Assembly: GCA_036785375.1 (NCBI GenBank)
Contig: JAWMAR010000034.1
Span: forward strand, 4,588,001-4,652,000
DNA from: Leucoraja ocellata
Lineage: Eukaryota
Direction: 5' to 3'
Length of the DNA: 64,000 nucleotides
Part shown: one piece after another, positions 50,477 through 62,917 of the stretch
How positions within the stretch are numbered: the stretch's first letter is position 1
Layout: each line of letters starts with the position of its first letter
Notes under the pieces: model-generated
The model's database searches: none
Told to the model about the DNA's origin: nothing
Seen by the model: only the letters and a program-made list of their open reading frames with translations
Made by a program: the position numbers and the translations under genes

Positions 50477-51657
50477 AAAAAATGCATGCACTATATATCC
50501 GCAATCAGAATGCTTCATCAACTCTTCCATCTTCACTTTCGCCTTCTAGAAGCAAGCCTAACTAGGTTATTAATCATACTAAAACACTGTTTTTAGTTCA
50601 AAATCGTACCGTGTGCACCAAACCCTTAAAATCAGGCATTTTATGATGTTCAATATATAGTTCAAAACATAATAGTCCAGAGCTTTGATAGCATGAAACG
50701 TCTTCCTCCATGTCCGATCAACTCATGAATGTGTGGTAACAGCAATGTTGAAGTGTGCAAATCCTCCAGAAGAATAACAGGATCTTCAGCAATAAAGTTC
50801 ACCGTTAGGTTTGATTTAATGTCCGGATCATTAGCAGAGATTTCAAATCCCAGCCTAAGCTTTGGCCATTCTTTGTCTGGCTTACAGAGAGATTTTAGTT
50901 CATTGATCCATCTCTTCTCGCTTAAGAAACAGTTCACTGTCAGTTCTCTGGTTCTAGGTTTTGAACAATCGAACAAAGACTCAAGGATGTAAAGAAACTT
51001 TCACTCAAAGTACATACAATTATTTTACAAGGACATTGAATGGCATTGAGATTGGCTGTGATCAGCTGTTACGTCAAGGATTTGCAGTCATACAATATGA
51101 AAACATGCCCATTCACCCATGGTGATTGCACCAACTATTAAATGCTTATGCACATTAACTTTCTTTTTCCAAATCTTGGCCTGTAGCTTTCAATAAAACT
51201 GCAGAGCTGTGTCTATAGAGACATTTTGTTCTGCTTACTGGCATCTGCAAGTCCGTCATGACATCACAGCCAGGCACAGGCAGCAGATGCTTGTCTGCAT
51301 ACCCGAGGTAAAGGAAGTAGGAGTGATTTACTCCTCATGGACAGAAGACTTGTTTAAAGGATACCCACATTCCCCTGTCATTGCATTCAAGTCGAGTTTA
51401 CGGTCATATGCACAAGATACTGGTACAATGAAAATCTTGATTGCAGCAGCATCACAAGCACATAGACTCAGTGGCCTGCTTGTGCATCACTTTGCTGCAT
51501 TGAGGGGCTGAGTACGGTGGGTAAATATCTCAAACAAAAGGGGTGTCGCCACAGGAAGCCGTATGTGTCACATGGTGGTACGTAAAAAACAGAGATGTGT
51601 TAAATCAACCATGTATTAAAAAAAACACATGAGACCAACACTAAGAATGTATTAAAA

Positions 51658-51830
51658 TAGACACAAAGTTCCAGAGTAATTCAGCAGGTCAGGCAGCATC
51701 TCTGAAGAACTTGGATAGGTGATATTTTGGGTCGAGACCCTTTTTCAGACTCAATATGTAACATTTTGAGTCGCGACCCTTCTTGCGCCATTTTGTGTAT
51801 TAACTAACATCTGCAACACTGTTTGCACAT
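51658..51830. mobile_element. Penelope-derived short element
   Basis: 18-bp TSD ACTAAGAATGTATTAAAA at 51640-51657 and 51831-51848. Confidence 0.8.
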
Positions 51831-52599
51831 ACTAAGAATGTATTAAAAGTTTTTCACTTTTATTATGTATTGTGTTTTACTTTAAATAAAGTTAATTTTG
51901 AATCTTCAAATTCATGCAGTTTATTCTAAGGAACGGTATGTTTGCTGGAGACTACAAGCAGGATTGAACACTGGCTTCACACTTAATCGCATTGTACAGG
52001 ATGACGCTGCGTGGCCAAAGTAATCCCACACTCATCCCGTTAATGGGATAAGCACCCAGAAATAGGGATCACCTTGAGCTGTGTCCGGTCTGGCAACGAG
52101 AGCAGATCTCTTCGGTCAATTTCGAAACTCTCCCCAAAGATCAGGGCACCAGATAAGGTTATTGTCACATACACCTGGGTGCACTGAAAGTCCTGGTTCA
52201 CATAACGCTTGCAGAGCATACAGTATACCTAGTTTCAAACAGCACGGAAACATGCCCTTTGCCCCAAATCGCCCGAGCCGACTAAGGTGTCCCGCCTACA
52301 CCATTCTCATTTGCCCGCATTTGTCCCATATCCCTCTAAACCTTTTCTATGCACATACCTGCCCAAGTGTCTTTCAAGTTCCTTTCAAGTGTCACCTGCT
52401 AATGTGATGATAAATACAATAAACAGAATGACAAGTGCAAAACAGCAGAATTGTGCAAGATTGTTGTGAAATCCAAAAAAAGGAACAAGATGTTTTTGTT
52501 TTTAAAATAAATTCAAGACATTTGAAGCAACATTCCAACAAATATATCAAGCATGTGTAGAATTTATATTGTGGGTGAAAGCCTATGGAATAATTTTGT

Positions 52600-53620
52600 T
52601 TCAGTGCGATTGATTTATTGGCTTATTAATTTGATATTGATTTGATACTGAGGCATTATTAATTTGATTTATTGATTTGATATTAACAATACTGATCTTG
52701 AATTTATTAGTTTAGAAACATAGAAACATAGAAATTAGGTGCAGGAATAGGCCATTCGGCCCTTCGAGCCTGCACCGCCATTCAATATGATCATGGCTGA
52801 TCATCCAACTCAGTATCCCGTACCTGCCTTCTCTCCATACCCCCTGATCCCCTTAGCCACAAGGGCCACATCTAACTCCCTCTTAAATATAGCCAATGAA
52901 CTGGCCTCAACTACCCTCTGTGGCAGAGAGTTCCAGAGATTCACCACTCTCTGCGTGAAAAAAGTTCTTCTCATCTCTGTTTTAAAGGATTTCCCCTTTA
53001 TCCTTAAGCTGTGACCCCTTGTCCTGGACTTCCCTAACATCGGGAACAATCTTCCTGCATCTAGCCTGTCCAACCCCTTAAGAATTTTGTACGTTTCTAT
53101 AAGATCCCCTCTCAATCTTCTAAATTCTAGAGAGTATAAACCAAGTCTATCCAGTCTTTCTTCATAAGACAGTCCTGACATCCCAGGAATCAGTCTGGTG
53201 AACCGTCTCTGCACTCCCTCTATGGCAATAATGTCACTAGTTTGATATTGATTTGTTATTAATTTGATACATAATTAGTTTATATCATAGATTTTATTTA
53301 TTGATTTGATAGTGATTTATTAGATTCGATACTGATTTATTATTAGTTTGATGTTTAATGTTTTATGTGCCATTCTTAATTATTTCTGTGTCGTATTGTT
53401 ACTTGCAAGCGGAGCACCAGGGCAAATTCCTTGTATGTGTACATACTTAGCCAATAAACTTATTCATACCATATTGATATATTATTGATTTGATACAATT
53501 AGTTTATATCATTGGTTTATTGGTTTGATAGATTTGTTACTGATGTATTGTTAATTTAATATCATATTCTTTTTTTTATTGGTTTGATACTGATATGTGA
53601 TAATTTGATATGGATTTGTT
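52600..53620. repeat. AT-rich degenerate (TGATATTGATT)n tract
   Basis: Recurrent TTTGATA/TTGATT units either side of a CR1 insert. Confidence 0.7.
52714..53237 (-). mobile_element. Young 5'-truncated CR1/HER1
   Basis: Uninterrupted 134-aa RT C-terminus; TSD TAGTTT at 52708-52713 and 53238-53243. Confidence 0.93.
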
Positions 53621-53759
53621 AGCGGGCAATGTCCTGCAGGCGAGTTCGATGGGAATCGGTGCGGGAGCGAGTTTTATGTTTTAGACATCTGTCCCTGTGA
53701 GATCTCGCCCTGCGAGAATGTTTAGACATCTCTCCCTGTTAACCTGTGAGACTCACTCG

Positions 53760-53970
53760 CTCTCCGCCCGCCGCCATTGGGAAAGTTCCAGCTCCTTCCA
53801 GACGCTTCCATCGCCGGCCCGCGCGCCGTCAACCGCCCCTCCTGCCGACGGCGACAGGCCGCGCTCCCATTGGCTGCCCGCCCGCCAGCGGGGCGGGGTG
53901 GAGTGACGAGCACTCGGCGGACGCGTATCTGATTGGCCGGGAGGTGCCGGTCCTTTCCAGAATCTTCTGG
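53760..53970 (+). promoter_or_regulatory. HSC70 CpG-island promoter
   Basis: Perfect HSE TTCcaGAAtcTTC 53955-53967; degenerate HSE 53781-53810; ATTGG boxes 53776, 53869, 53932; GC box 53890-53898. Confidence 0.85.
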
Positions 53971-53989
53971 CGGCCGGTTAGGTTGTGCA

Positions 53990-54053
53990 CCTTGAGAGCG
54001 GCGAGACGCACACGCTGGGACATCATCGGCGGTGCTGCTGAAGTGAGCAGGGA
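53990..54053 (+). other. HSPA8: Probable non-coding exon 1 of HSC70 (start approximate)
   Basis: Downstream of HSE, ends at GTGAGT donor 54054; HSPA8 genes have an untranslated first exon. Confidence 0.55.
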
Positions 54054-54062
54054 GTGAGTACC

Positions 54063-54317
54063 ACCCCGTGTCCCCATCATTGACACGTCCCTTCTCCATC
54101 CCTGACCTGCAACGTGTCCCCGTCGCTGACCCCTCCCCCCCCCCCCCCCCCCCCCCGTGTTCCCATCACTGCCTCCATCATTGACTCCCGTGTCTCCATC
54201 ACTGATCCCATCCTTTATCCACCATTGACTCCCGTGTCTCCCATCACTGACCCTTTCCCCATTACTGACACTCCCTCGACCCCATCACTGACGCTTCGGT
54301 TTCCATCACTGACTCCC
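54063..54317. repeat. Pyrimidine-rich minisatellite (CCCGTGTCTCCATCACTGAC)n
   Basis: About ten degenerate units. Confidence 0.75.
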
Positions 54318-54934
54318 TGCGCATGCGAACAGTTTATGACGGGGGAGCTGGGCTGACTCATCACCGGGACTACGCACCCCGAGGTGTCCTTGTTGCGGAT
54401 AATTCCCCCTAGCCGTCGTTTGTGTTTGAGATGGACAGGGGAGTGAAGGCGCCCGTCGGTCTCATCGCCTGGCTGCACCACCATCCCGGGTTTAAGCAGC
54501 GTCTTTCCGTCAGCCGTCGACCTCTAAGCTTCAGTTAATGGGATCAAGCAGTATTTAGGGCACCTCACAGCATAAGCCTTTTCGTTAATTGTTGCCCATA
54601 ACACCACAAAGCTGCCTTGCACCCTAGGTGTTTTTATTTGTTAAAGAATGTGTTGTTGTTCAAATGACTCATCCCCTCGGTTCTCAGATGTATTTGGGTC
54701 GCCATTGGGGATGGATAGAGCTGTTCCAGTCAAAGATACTAGAGGAGCTCTCTCTAGTATCTTTGGTTCCAGTTACCCAGTGCTGCAGTTTAATCTGATA
54801 TAAACTGACGTGGATCTGTCCTTCAGGTAGGTTGGCCATCCGTTCAGTGTTGTCCAATGCCCATCTCATGCAGGTCATGGAAATGTTGGGTATGGATGGC
54901 AGGTGGCTCAGATGGTTCACTCCTGATAAAAAAA

Positions 54935-55280
54935 AAACAACAAAGTGCAGGAGGAACTCAGTGTGTCAGCCAGCATTTGCGAAGGGAATAGACAAATATA
55001 TTCTGTGTTGAACCGTACTTCAGATTTCGAAGGGGGGGGGGGGGGTGGTGGTGTAAGGCATAGCCTGGCAATTGATAGGTGGACACAAGTGGGGTGGGGA
55101 GAGGAATGAAGGGCAATTGGGGAACAGGTTGGGAGAGATGATTGAACAGAAGGAGGAGAAAATTAGGTGGACTTCCTGTTCTGTGCTAGGTTTCGCCATC
55201 AGCATTAAATGCAGTAGACCAGGTTGGAAGAGAATCTCTGCCTGTCTCACCTGGAAGGGGCTGCTCAGGTTACTGGACAT
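54935..55280 (-). mobile_element. Penelope remnant
   Basis: PFQVRQ GIY-YIG-adjacent motif plus terminal repeat. Confidence 0.65.
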
Positions 55281-55838
55281 AGCTGCCCATGGTGGGATTT
55301 CAATTTTATTTCTGTCATAGTTCAGCTTTCTGTTACTTGTCTATCAAAATTGTGCCAATCACTGTTTTGGTACCATCTCAACTTTATATTCCGGCAACTT
55401 TTATTGCTTGGCATTGAGAATTATTAAAATATGCAAATGTACGGTAATGACAGTATCTATTTCATCAATACAATGGCCGCTGATAACACCCATAAAATGT
55501 GCTGCAGTTACTTGTCGTGATCACTTTTGACAACACTGCAATTGCAGTTTTTACCACCTAGAAGAACAAGATAACAATTGCAGAATGCCTTCCTAAGTTG
55601 CATATCATTTTGTTTTATAATAGTTTGTCTTATCACTCGGTCTATAACCTGAAACGCTACCCAGCCATCACGAAGGTGTACTTTACCAGAAGAACCACAG
55701 ATCAAAGCAAGGAGTTTGCCACTTTTATCCAGGACAATTAGATTGCAAACAATCATGTTGGAAATGAATAAAGCTTGTTTACTTCTATGTTGATACCTAT
55801 TTTAAAACTAAACCCACTCGATTCATTTTGCAGGCAGA

Positions 55839-56043
55839 ATGTCCAAAGGACCAGCAGTTGGAATTGATCTTGGGACAACCTACTCATGTGTAGGTGTCTT
55901 CCAGCATGGCAAAGTTGAAATTATTGCCAATGACCAAGGCAACCGCACTACTCCGAGCTATGTTGCCTTCACTGATACAGAAAGGCTCATTGGTGATGCA
56001 GCGAAAAATCAGGTGGCCATGAACCCAACCAACACTGTCTTTG
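55839..56043 (+). CDS. HSPA8: HSC70 coding exon 1 (205 nt)
   Basis: [23 protein letters not shown]; acceptor at 55833, donor GTAAG. Confidence 0.98.
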
Positions 56044-56111
56044 GTAAGTTATTGCAATGTAAATGAAGGTTCTAAACTGCAGTATGTTGTGGTATTATAC
56101 TGCACCTTTTA

Positions 56112-57270
56112 AAGTTTAGTTTATTATTGCCACGTGGACCGAGGTACAATGAATAATCTTTATTGTATGCTACCCAGTCAAAGAAAAAAGACTACACATT
56201 GCAATCATGCCATCCACAAATATAAATGATACAAGTTAGAGCAAGATAAAGCTGATTAAAGATAGTTCAAAGGTCTCCAATGAGATAATGGGAGGTCTGG
56301 AGCACTCCAGCTGGTGAGAGGACAGTTCAGTTGCCTGATAGCAGATGGGAAGAAACTGTCCCTAAATCTGGAGGTATGCGTTTTCAAACCTCTATACTTC
56401 TTGCCTGATGGGAGAGGGGAGAAGAGGTAGTGACCGGGGCCGAGGCAACGTGGTTAATGGAAGTTAGGTTGGTTTGCATGATGGTCTAAGCTTCTTCCAC
56501 AACTCTGCAATTTATTGCAGTCTTGGATGGAGCTGTTCCCAAACCATGCTGTGATGTAACCCGATAAAATGCTTTTTACAACGCAAGAAAGTTAGTGAGG
56601 GTTGTTGGGAATGTGCCAAACCCCCTAAGCCTTCTAAGCAGTAGTTGTAGTTTCCTGGCCATAGTTCATTGTGGCTGGTCCAGAACAAATTGCTGGTGAT
56701 ATTTATTTGTAAGAACTGAACTTGAAGGTTTCGACTATTTCTACTTCGGCGCCATCAATGGGTATGTGTACTGCTTCTCTTCCAGAAGTCAATCACAATC
56801 TCCTTTGTTTTACTGACACTGAGGGAGAGGTTGTTGTCTTGACACCAGGTTACGAGTTTCTCAATCTCCTTCCTGTAGTCTGTCTCCTCATTACTTAATA
56901 TCAAACCCATGACGGTGGTGTCGTTTGCGAACTTGTAAATTGAGTTTGATTGGTGTTTGATGCACGGTCATAGTAGGGGGCAGAGAAAGCTTCCTTGCGT
57001 GGCACTGTTGCAGGGGATCGTTGAGGATGATTTGTCACCTATCCTCGCTGATTGTGGTCTGTTCGGGGAGTCGGGAAGTCAAGGATCCAGTTGCCGAGGG
57101 GAGTGCTGACTCAAGTTCCACGAGTTCGGAGATAAGCTTCGTTGGGATAATGGTATTGAAAGCAGAGCTGTCATCTATGAATAGAGGTCTGACGTAGGTG
57201 TCCTTCTTATTCAGGTGTTCCAGGAATTAATGGAGGGCCAGGGAGATGGCATCAACTGTTGTGGCGGTAA
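56112..57270 (-). mobile_element. Rex1/Babar-like LINE 3' half
   Basis: KFANDTTV RT motif, LCNWILDF remnant, ACAATAATAAAC tail. Confidence 0.75.
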
Positions 57271-57658
57271 AGGCGCAACTGGAGAAACTTGTATGATGCA
57301 AAGAACTGCTAATCAAATTGGCATTTCACTTGCAGAGTAATTTGTATCACGCTGCAGAGGTGAAGTAATTTGCTATTGCTTGTGTGAGCATTTTGTTTGC
57401 GGTTATGTTACCCTGAGTTGAGTGATTTGTTGGTGTAGATTTCTGTCCTGGTCCGAAGAAGTATTTTGACCTGAAAAGCCACCTATAATTTTCTCCAGAG
57501 ATGCTGTCTGACCCACTGAGTTACACCAGCATTTTGTGTCTACCTGTCCTGATCAGCTTGGAAAATGCTGATGTGGAGCAACATAAGTCTAGAACCATTT
57601 TGTGGCAGATAAATGTTTTCTGTAAGTCTCAATATTCATCATCCTGTGAATTTTGTAG

Positions 57659-57864
57659 ATGCCAAACGCCTGATTGGACGTAGATTTGAAGATACTGTTG
57701 TTCAAGCTGACATGAAGCACTGGCCTTTCAATGTAGTAAATGATGGTGGTCGTCCCAAAGTTCAGGTTGACTACAAAGGTGAAACTAAATCTTTTTATCC
57801 TGAAGAAATCTCTTCAATGGTGCTCACAAAAATGAAAGAAATTGCAGAAGCCTATCTTGGAAAA
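57659..57864 (+). CDS. HSPA8: HSC70 coding exon 2 (206 nt)
   Basis: [17 protein letters not shown]. Confidence 0.98.
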
Positions 57865-58161
57865 GTAGGTAACCTTTAACTTTGTGCTAAAATAAGGATT
57901 TGCTTTGCCATTTGATGCTGAACATTCATGTTTGCAAGTGATTTTAATTTTAAACGATTAAACAACAAACTAGTCTTAAAGTTTTTTTGCAATAAAATGC
58001 ATATATCATGTCTAAATATTAGTCAATACACTAAGTAAACTGATTGGTAACTTCCATCCCAATTGGTCTGCACAAGATGAACAGATGGTCATTGTATTTC
58101 ACGGAAAATTTAGTTTGACTTTTTAATGGTGATGCTTTCAAAGGGTTCTCTAGAACAGTAA

Positions 58162-58431
<270 letters not shown>

Positions 58432-58913
58432 TAGCAAATATCTTAATAACACGCAGCTTAATTCCTACTGAATTTAACATACTTTTCTAGGTATTTGAGC
58501 CAATCTATATTTGCTGCAGGGTTGTCTAATTATTATGCTTGAGACTAGGGTGGTCTCAGATAACATTCTTGAACGTCTTTCTAAAATATAAATAAAGAAT
58601 GCTAAAGCAGGGCTTCATGTGTACAATCGCCATCCATGGAATGTGCACCCAAGACCTCACTTTAAGTTGAGTCTGTTGCATCACTTGACTTGAATGGGGT
58701 AGCTGATCATGATTTAAAATAGTTAATTTCTGATATCTAAGGTACTAAAGATGATAGGCAGGAACAGGGTACTGATTGGGGATGATCACACTGAATGGCG
58801 ATTCTGGCTCGAATGGCCTACTCCTGTACCTATTGTCTATAAATGGCTTTTACTTGAACAGTATACATGTCTGATAATTTACTGTCAGCTTCAGTCAAAT
58901 TTAACTGTTGAAA

Positions 58914-59200
58914 GTGGCACAGCGGTAGAGTTGCTGCCTTACAGTGCCAGAGCCCCGGAATCAATCCTGACGACGTGTACTGTCTGTACAGAGCCTGTAC
59001 GTTCTCCCCACGACCTGCGTGGGTTTTCTCCGAGTAGCTGCAGTTTCCTCCCACACTCCAAAAACGTAAAGGTTTGTAGGTTAATTGGCTTGGTATTAAT
59101 GGAAATTGGCCCTAGTGTGTGTAGGATAGTGTTACTGGTCGGCGCTGACTTGGTGGACCGAATTACCTGTTTCCACGCTGTATCTCTAAACTAAACTAAA
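58914..59200 (+). mobile_element. HE1-type SINE
   Basis: Same family, (CTAAA)n tail. Confidence 0.85.
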
Positions 59201-59419
59201 AGAGCCATGGAGATGGAACCTTGGGGTATTTGAGGACTGCAGGGTGCTGCAGTAAAGGAGTCTGCAAGTTCGCTCACAGGGTTGCAGAAAGTTACAGGGC
59301 TGAGATCTAGATGGCAGGGTAATTGAAGCATAATCAGTTCAGCTCATTAATATAACTTTGGTAAGCTGCACATAAACAAAGCTGCACGTTTTAGCAAAAT
59401 TTGTATTTTCTTGTTATAG

Positions 59420-59975
59420 GTTGGTGCTGAAAGAAATGTACTGATTTTTGACTTGGGTGGTGGTACCTTTGACGTCTCCATCTTGACCATTGAAGATGGA
59501 ATTTTTGAAGTCAAATCTACAGCTGGCGACACCCACCTTGGTGGTGAAGACTTCGACAATCGTATGGTCAACCATTTTATTACTGAGTTCAAACGAAAAT
59601 ACAAGAAAGACATTACTGATAACAAGAGAGCTGTTCGACGTCTCCGCACTGCCTGTGAACGTGCAAAGCGTACACTATCATCCAGTACACAAGCGAGCAT
59701 TGAAATTGACTCTCTATATGAGGGTATTGATTTTTACACCTCAATCACTAGGGCACGATTTGAAGAGCTCAATGCTGACCTCTTTCGTGGCACACTTGAC
59801 CCTGTAGAGAAATCCTTGAGGGATGCTAAGATGGACAAGGCTCAAATCCATGATATTGTATTGGTTGGTGGATCCACCCGCATTCCCAAAATCCAGAAGT
59901 TGTTGCAAGATTTCTTCAATGGCAAGGAATTGAATAAGAGCATCAATCCTGATGAGGCTGTCGCATATGGTGCAG
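59420..59975 (+). CDS. HSPA8: HSC70 coding exon 4 (556 nt)
   Basis: [36 protein letters not shown]. Confidence 0.98.
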
Positions 59976-60044
59976 GTAACAAAGTTCATTAATAGTAGGG
60001 GGAATATCTGGTTCTTATAAGCAAATTCAAAGTTTTACATGAAA

Positions 60045-61388
60045 CTAGACTAAGTGGGACCCAGTGGGTTGCAGCATCACACAGGAGGGCTGGTCTCCCA
60101 ATGCAATATTCCACCTCTCCACTAATTCCAATGGTGGTGGCCAGTGGGGGGGGGGGGGGTGGGAGGCTTTATGGAGCGCTAGTATGGGTGTTGTGGGCTG
60201 AAGGGGCTGGTGTCCAGAGGGCTAGTATGGACATTGTGTGCCTAATGCATTCTTGGGCTGGCGGCTCAGCCACTCAAGCCTGTTGTGCTGGCAGCTCACT
60301 CACTCACGGCTGGTGGGCTGGCAGTTGACTCACGGCTATTCCTTGAAATTCCTTTTCAAGCAGGGCGCAAGGCCACCAAATTCAAGTGCAGTTTCTTACC
60401 ACTTCAAGCAGGGTGCAAGGCCACCAAATTCAAGTGCAGTTTCATACCATTTCAAGCAGGGTGTAAGGCCACTAAAGACAGCGAGTCGTGACCTATCCCT
60501 CCTCCATCTTGCAGAGACTGAGCCACGCCTACACTTCTGTGTTTTATAGTCCCTCCCCCTTCCACCAGAGGGGGGTGGCCTTTATGGCATGATTGACAGG
60601 AGAGATAATCTCAACATTTTTTAAACATTAATATTTCTCATCAATGGGGAAAATCCTCGGCACCTGATGAGCGGAGGGGGACTCTCTGAGTAAGATGGAC
60701 GGAAATCACAGCCGTACGTGACAGCGTTTTTCCTAAAATCAATATAAAGCGCAAACAGGAAGTAGTCAAGATTAGACTTTTAATTATGTAGAAGGCAAGG
60801 CAACTTTAATTAGACATTGCAACTTTAATTGGGCAAGGCGACTTTAATTAGGCAACACAGCTTTAGCATTTCCTAACTAAAGGCAACACAGCTTTAGCAT
60901 TTCCAAACTAAAGGCAACACAGCCTTAGCATTTCCAAACCAAAGGCAACGCAACTTTAGCAATTCGAAACCAAAGGCAACACAGCTTTAGCATTTCCAAA
61001 CTATATTTTCAAACCACATTAAGGACACTGCAGGTCAGTAAAACCACTCACAGATTAGTACACATGTGTTCAGTGTTATTCACAGCTCAGACTGAGAGAA
61101 GTGACTCTCTCGCTCCCCCATCTTGCAGAGACTGGCTGAGGCACTCAACACTTCCGGGTTTTATAGACCCTCCGGAAGGGGCATGGCCTTCAGGAGAGAG
61201 AATCTCACAATTTTTTAAACACTAATAACTCTTTCATTTTTCATCGATGGGAAAAATCATCTTGTCCTGCGCAGAGGAGGGGGACTCTAAGATGGCCAAA
61301 AAACACAGCCGTAAATGGCAGCGTTTTTTCTAAAATCAATATACAGAACAACTGGAAGTGGTCAAGATCAGACTTTTAGTAATATAGA
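60045..61388 (-). mobile_element. Composite non-autonomous Helitron
   Basis: A|TCTATATTACTAAAAGTCTG...CTAG|T; duplicated 5' module; internal 47-bp and ~30-bp tandem repeats. Confidence 0.85.
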
Positions 61389-61567
61389 TTAAAAAATTGA
61401 AACTAGTAAGTAGAAACTACAAGTTCATACTCTAATGTTGGGAAATATTCATTCTCTCTACTTGGAACTGCAGAGGTCCATTTTGGAAGCATAATCTTGC
61501 AATAATGAAAAGTAGCTTATCTAAGTCACTGCCAAATCTATATTGTGGTTATGTTCTGTTACCACAG

Positions 61568-61770
61568 CTGTTCAGGCAGCCATCTTGGCTGGTGACAAGT
61601 CAGAAAATGTACAAGATCTACTATTATTGGACGTCACTCCGCTGTCCTTAGGCATTGAGACTGCTGGTGGTGTGATGACTGTCTTGATCAAACGGAACAC
61701 TACTATTCCAACAAAGCAAACGCAAACATTTACGACCTACTCTGACAACCAGCCCGGTGTGCTCATTCAG
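61568..61770 (+). CDS. HSPA8: HSC70 coding exon 5 (203 nt)
   Basis: [29 protein letters not shown]. Confidence 0.98.
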
Positions 61771-62270
61771 GTAAGAATTATTTTCATTTAAACTTAGAGT
61801 TAGGAATTTTAATTTGTGGCAGCCAGAATAGACAATGCACATTAGCCCCAATAATACTCTGGCTGGAAGAATCATTTTTTTTTTGTCTGAACGTGTGAAA
61901 ATTATGGATGACTTCTATTAATGATTAGGTCTATCTGTGGAAGGTGGTTTATGTGCAGTTAATGTTAAAATCATGCCACAAATGTTTGAAAGTAAACCTA
62001 TATTTACTATAAATAGCAGCATTACAACTGATTTAAAAATGGTCCCTAAAATGCAGCTGTGCTTTTAAACGTGAGAGGCAAGTTTTCAGTAACCAAATGT
62101 AATATAATTTATTTACAGAAAATATCAGTGGACCTTTAGTTTATTTGTTTTTTGATAACTTAAGATGTCTATTATCAACTACAACCATTTTTTCACTGAC
62201 TTTCTTGCAAATGCAAATTATACAGATCTTTTGATTTTTGGCTAAACTGATCTGGAAATTGTGTTCTTAG

Positions 62271-62469
62271 GTATTTGAGGGTGAGAGAGCCATGACAAAA
62301 GATAACAACTTGCTGGGCAAGTTTGAGCTGACTGGGATTCCACCTGCTCCAAGGGGTGTGCCTCAAATTGAGGTGACTTTTGATATTGATGCCAATGGTA
62401 TCCTGAATGTGTCTGCAGTGGACAAGAGCACTGGAAAGGAAAACAAGATCACCATCACAAATGACAAAG
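62271..62469 (+). CDS. HSPA8: HSC70 coding exon 6 (199 nt)
   Basis: [20 protein letters not shown]. Confidence 0.98.
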
Positions 62470-62684
62470 GTAAATTGCAATCACTTGGTTTTCAATGCTT
62501 TATTCAAAACTTTCTCTGGCATTAATAGCTCATAAATTTGTTCTGAAGTCTTTAGACTTGTTATGGCGTAGATTTTCAACTTTTGATTAAACCTCAGCAC
62601 TATGGGAAGAGTAGAGATGCATTAAAAATCACTTAATATTTCTTGCTTCTGGGCATTATAAAAATGTTCTGATTAAATTAACAG

Positions 62685-62917
62685 GTCGTTTGAGCAAAGA
62701 AGATATAGAACGTATGGTCCAGGAGGCTGAGAAGTACAAATCAGAGGATGAACAACAACGTGACAAAGTTTCATCAAAGAACTCTCTCGAGTCTTATGCT
62801 TTCAACATGAAAGCTACTATTGAAGATGAAAAGCTAAAGGGTAAAATAAGTGATGATGACAAACAGAAGGTTTTGGACAAATGTAATGAAGTTATAAGTT
62901 GGTTGGATAAGAACCAG
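62685..62917 (+). CDS. HSPA8: HSC70 coding exon 7 (233 nt)
   Basis: [25 protein letters not shown]. Confidence 0.98.

Larger units (their letters stand above)
49688..51000 (-). mobile_element. BEL/Pao LTR retrotransposon remnant, internally deleted; 3' LTR 49688-50285
   Basis: Pol pieces RWI..KPDKEWP..DPDIK, PVIL..LLLPHIHELIGHGGR..LSKL and the C-terminal PD.KGLV..V..TK....LITxLGLLLE; ACAATTATGGGCCGGTA followed by TGTAG..CTACA LTR with AATAAA. Confidence 0.8.

Noticed and set aside
59347-59989. Antisense ORFs over HSC70 exons
   Set aside because: Known consequence of Hsp70 codon usage; no independent evidence
60562-60575. CTCF-like motifs in Helitrons (also 40018-40033)
   Set aside because: Each misses a key consensus position
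60790-61005. Regular ~30-bp repeats resembling a CRISPR array
   Set aside because: No unique spacers; eukaryotic Helitron-internal minisatellite
61840-61895. Hairpin AGCCAGA..TCTGGCT plus TGTCTGA in an HSC70 intron as a U14 candidate
   Set aside because: No box C and no U14 domain A or B
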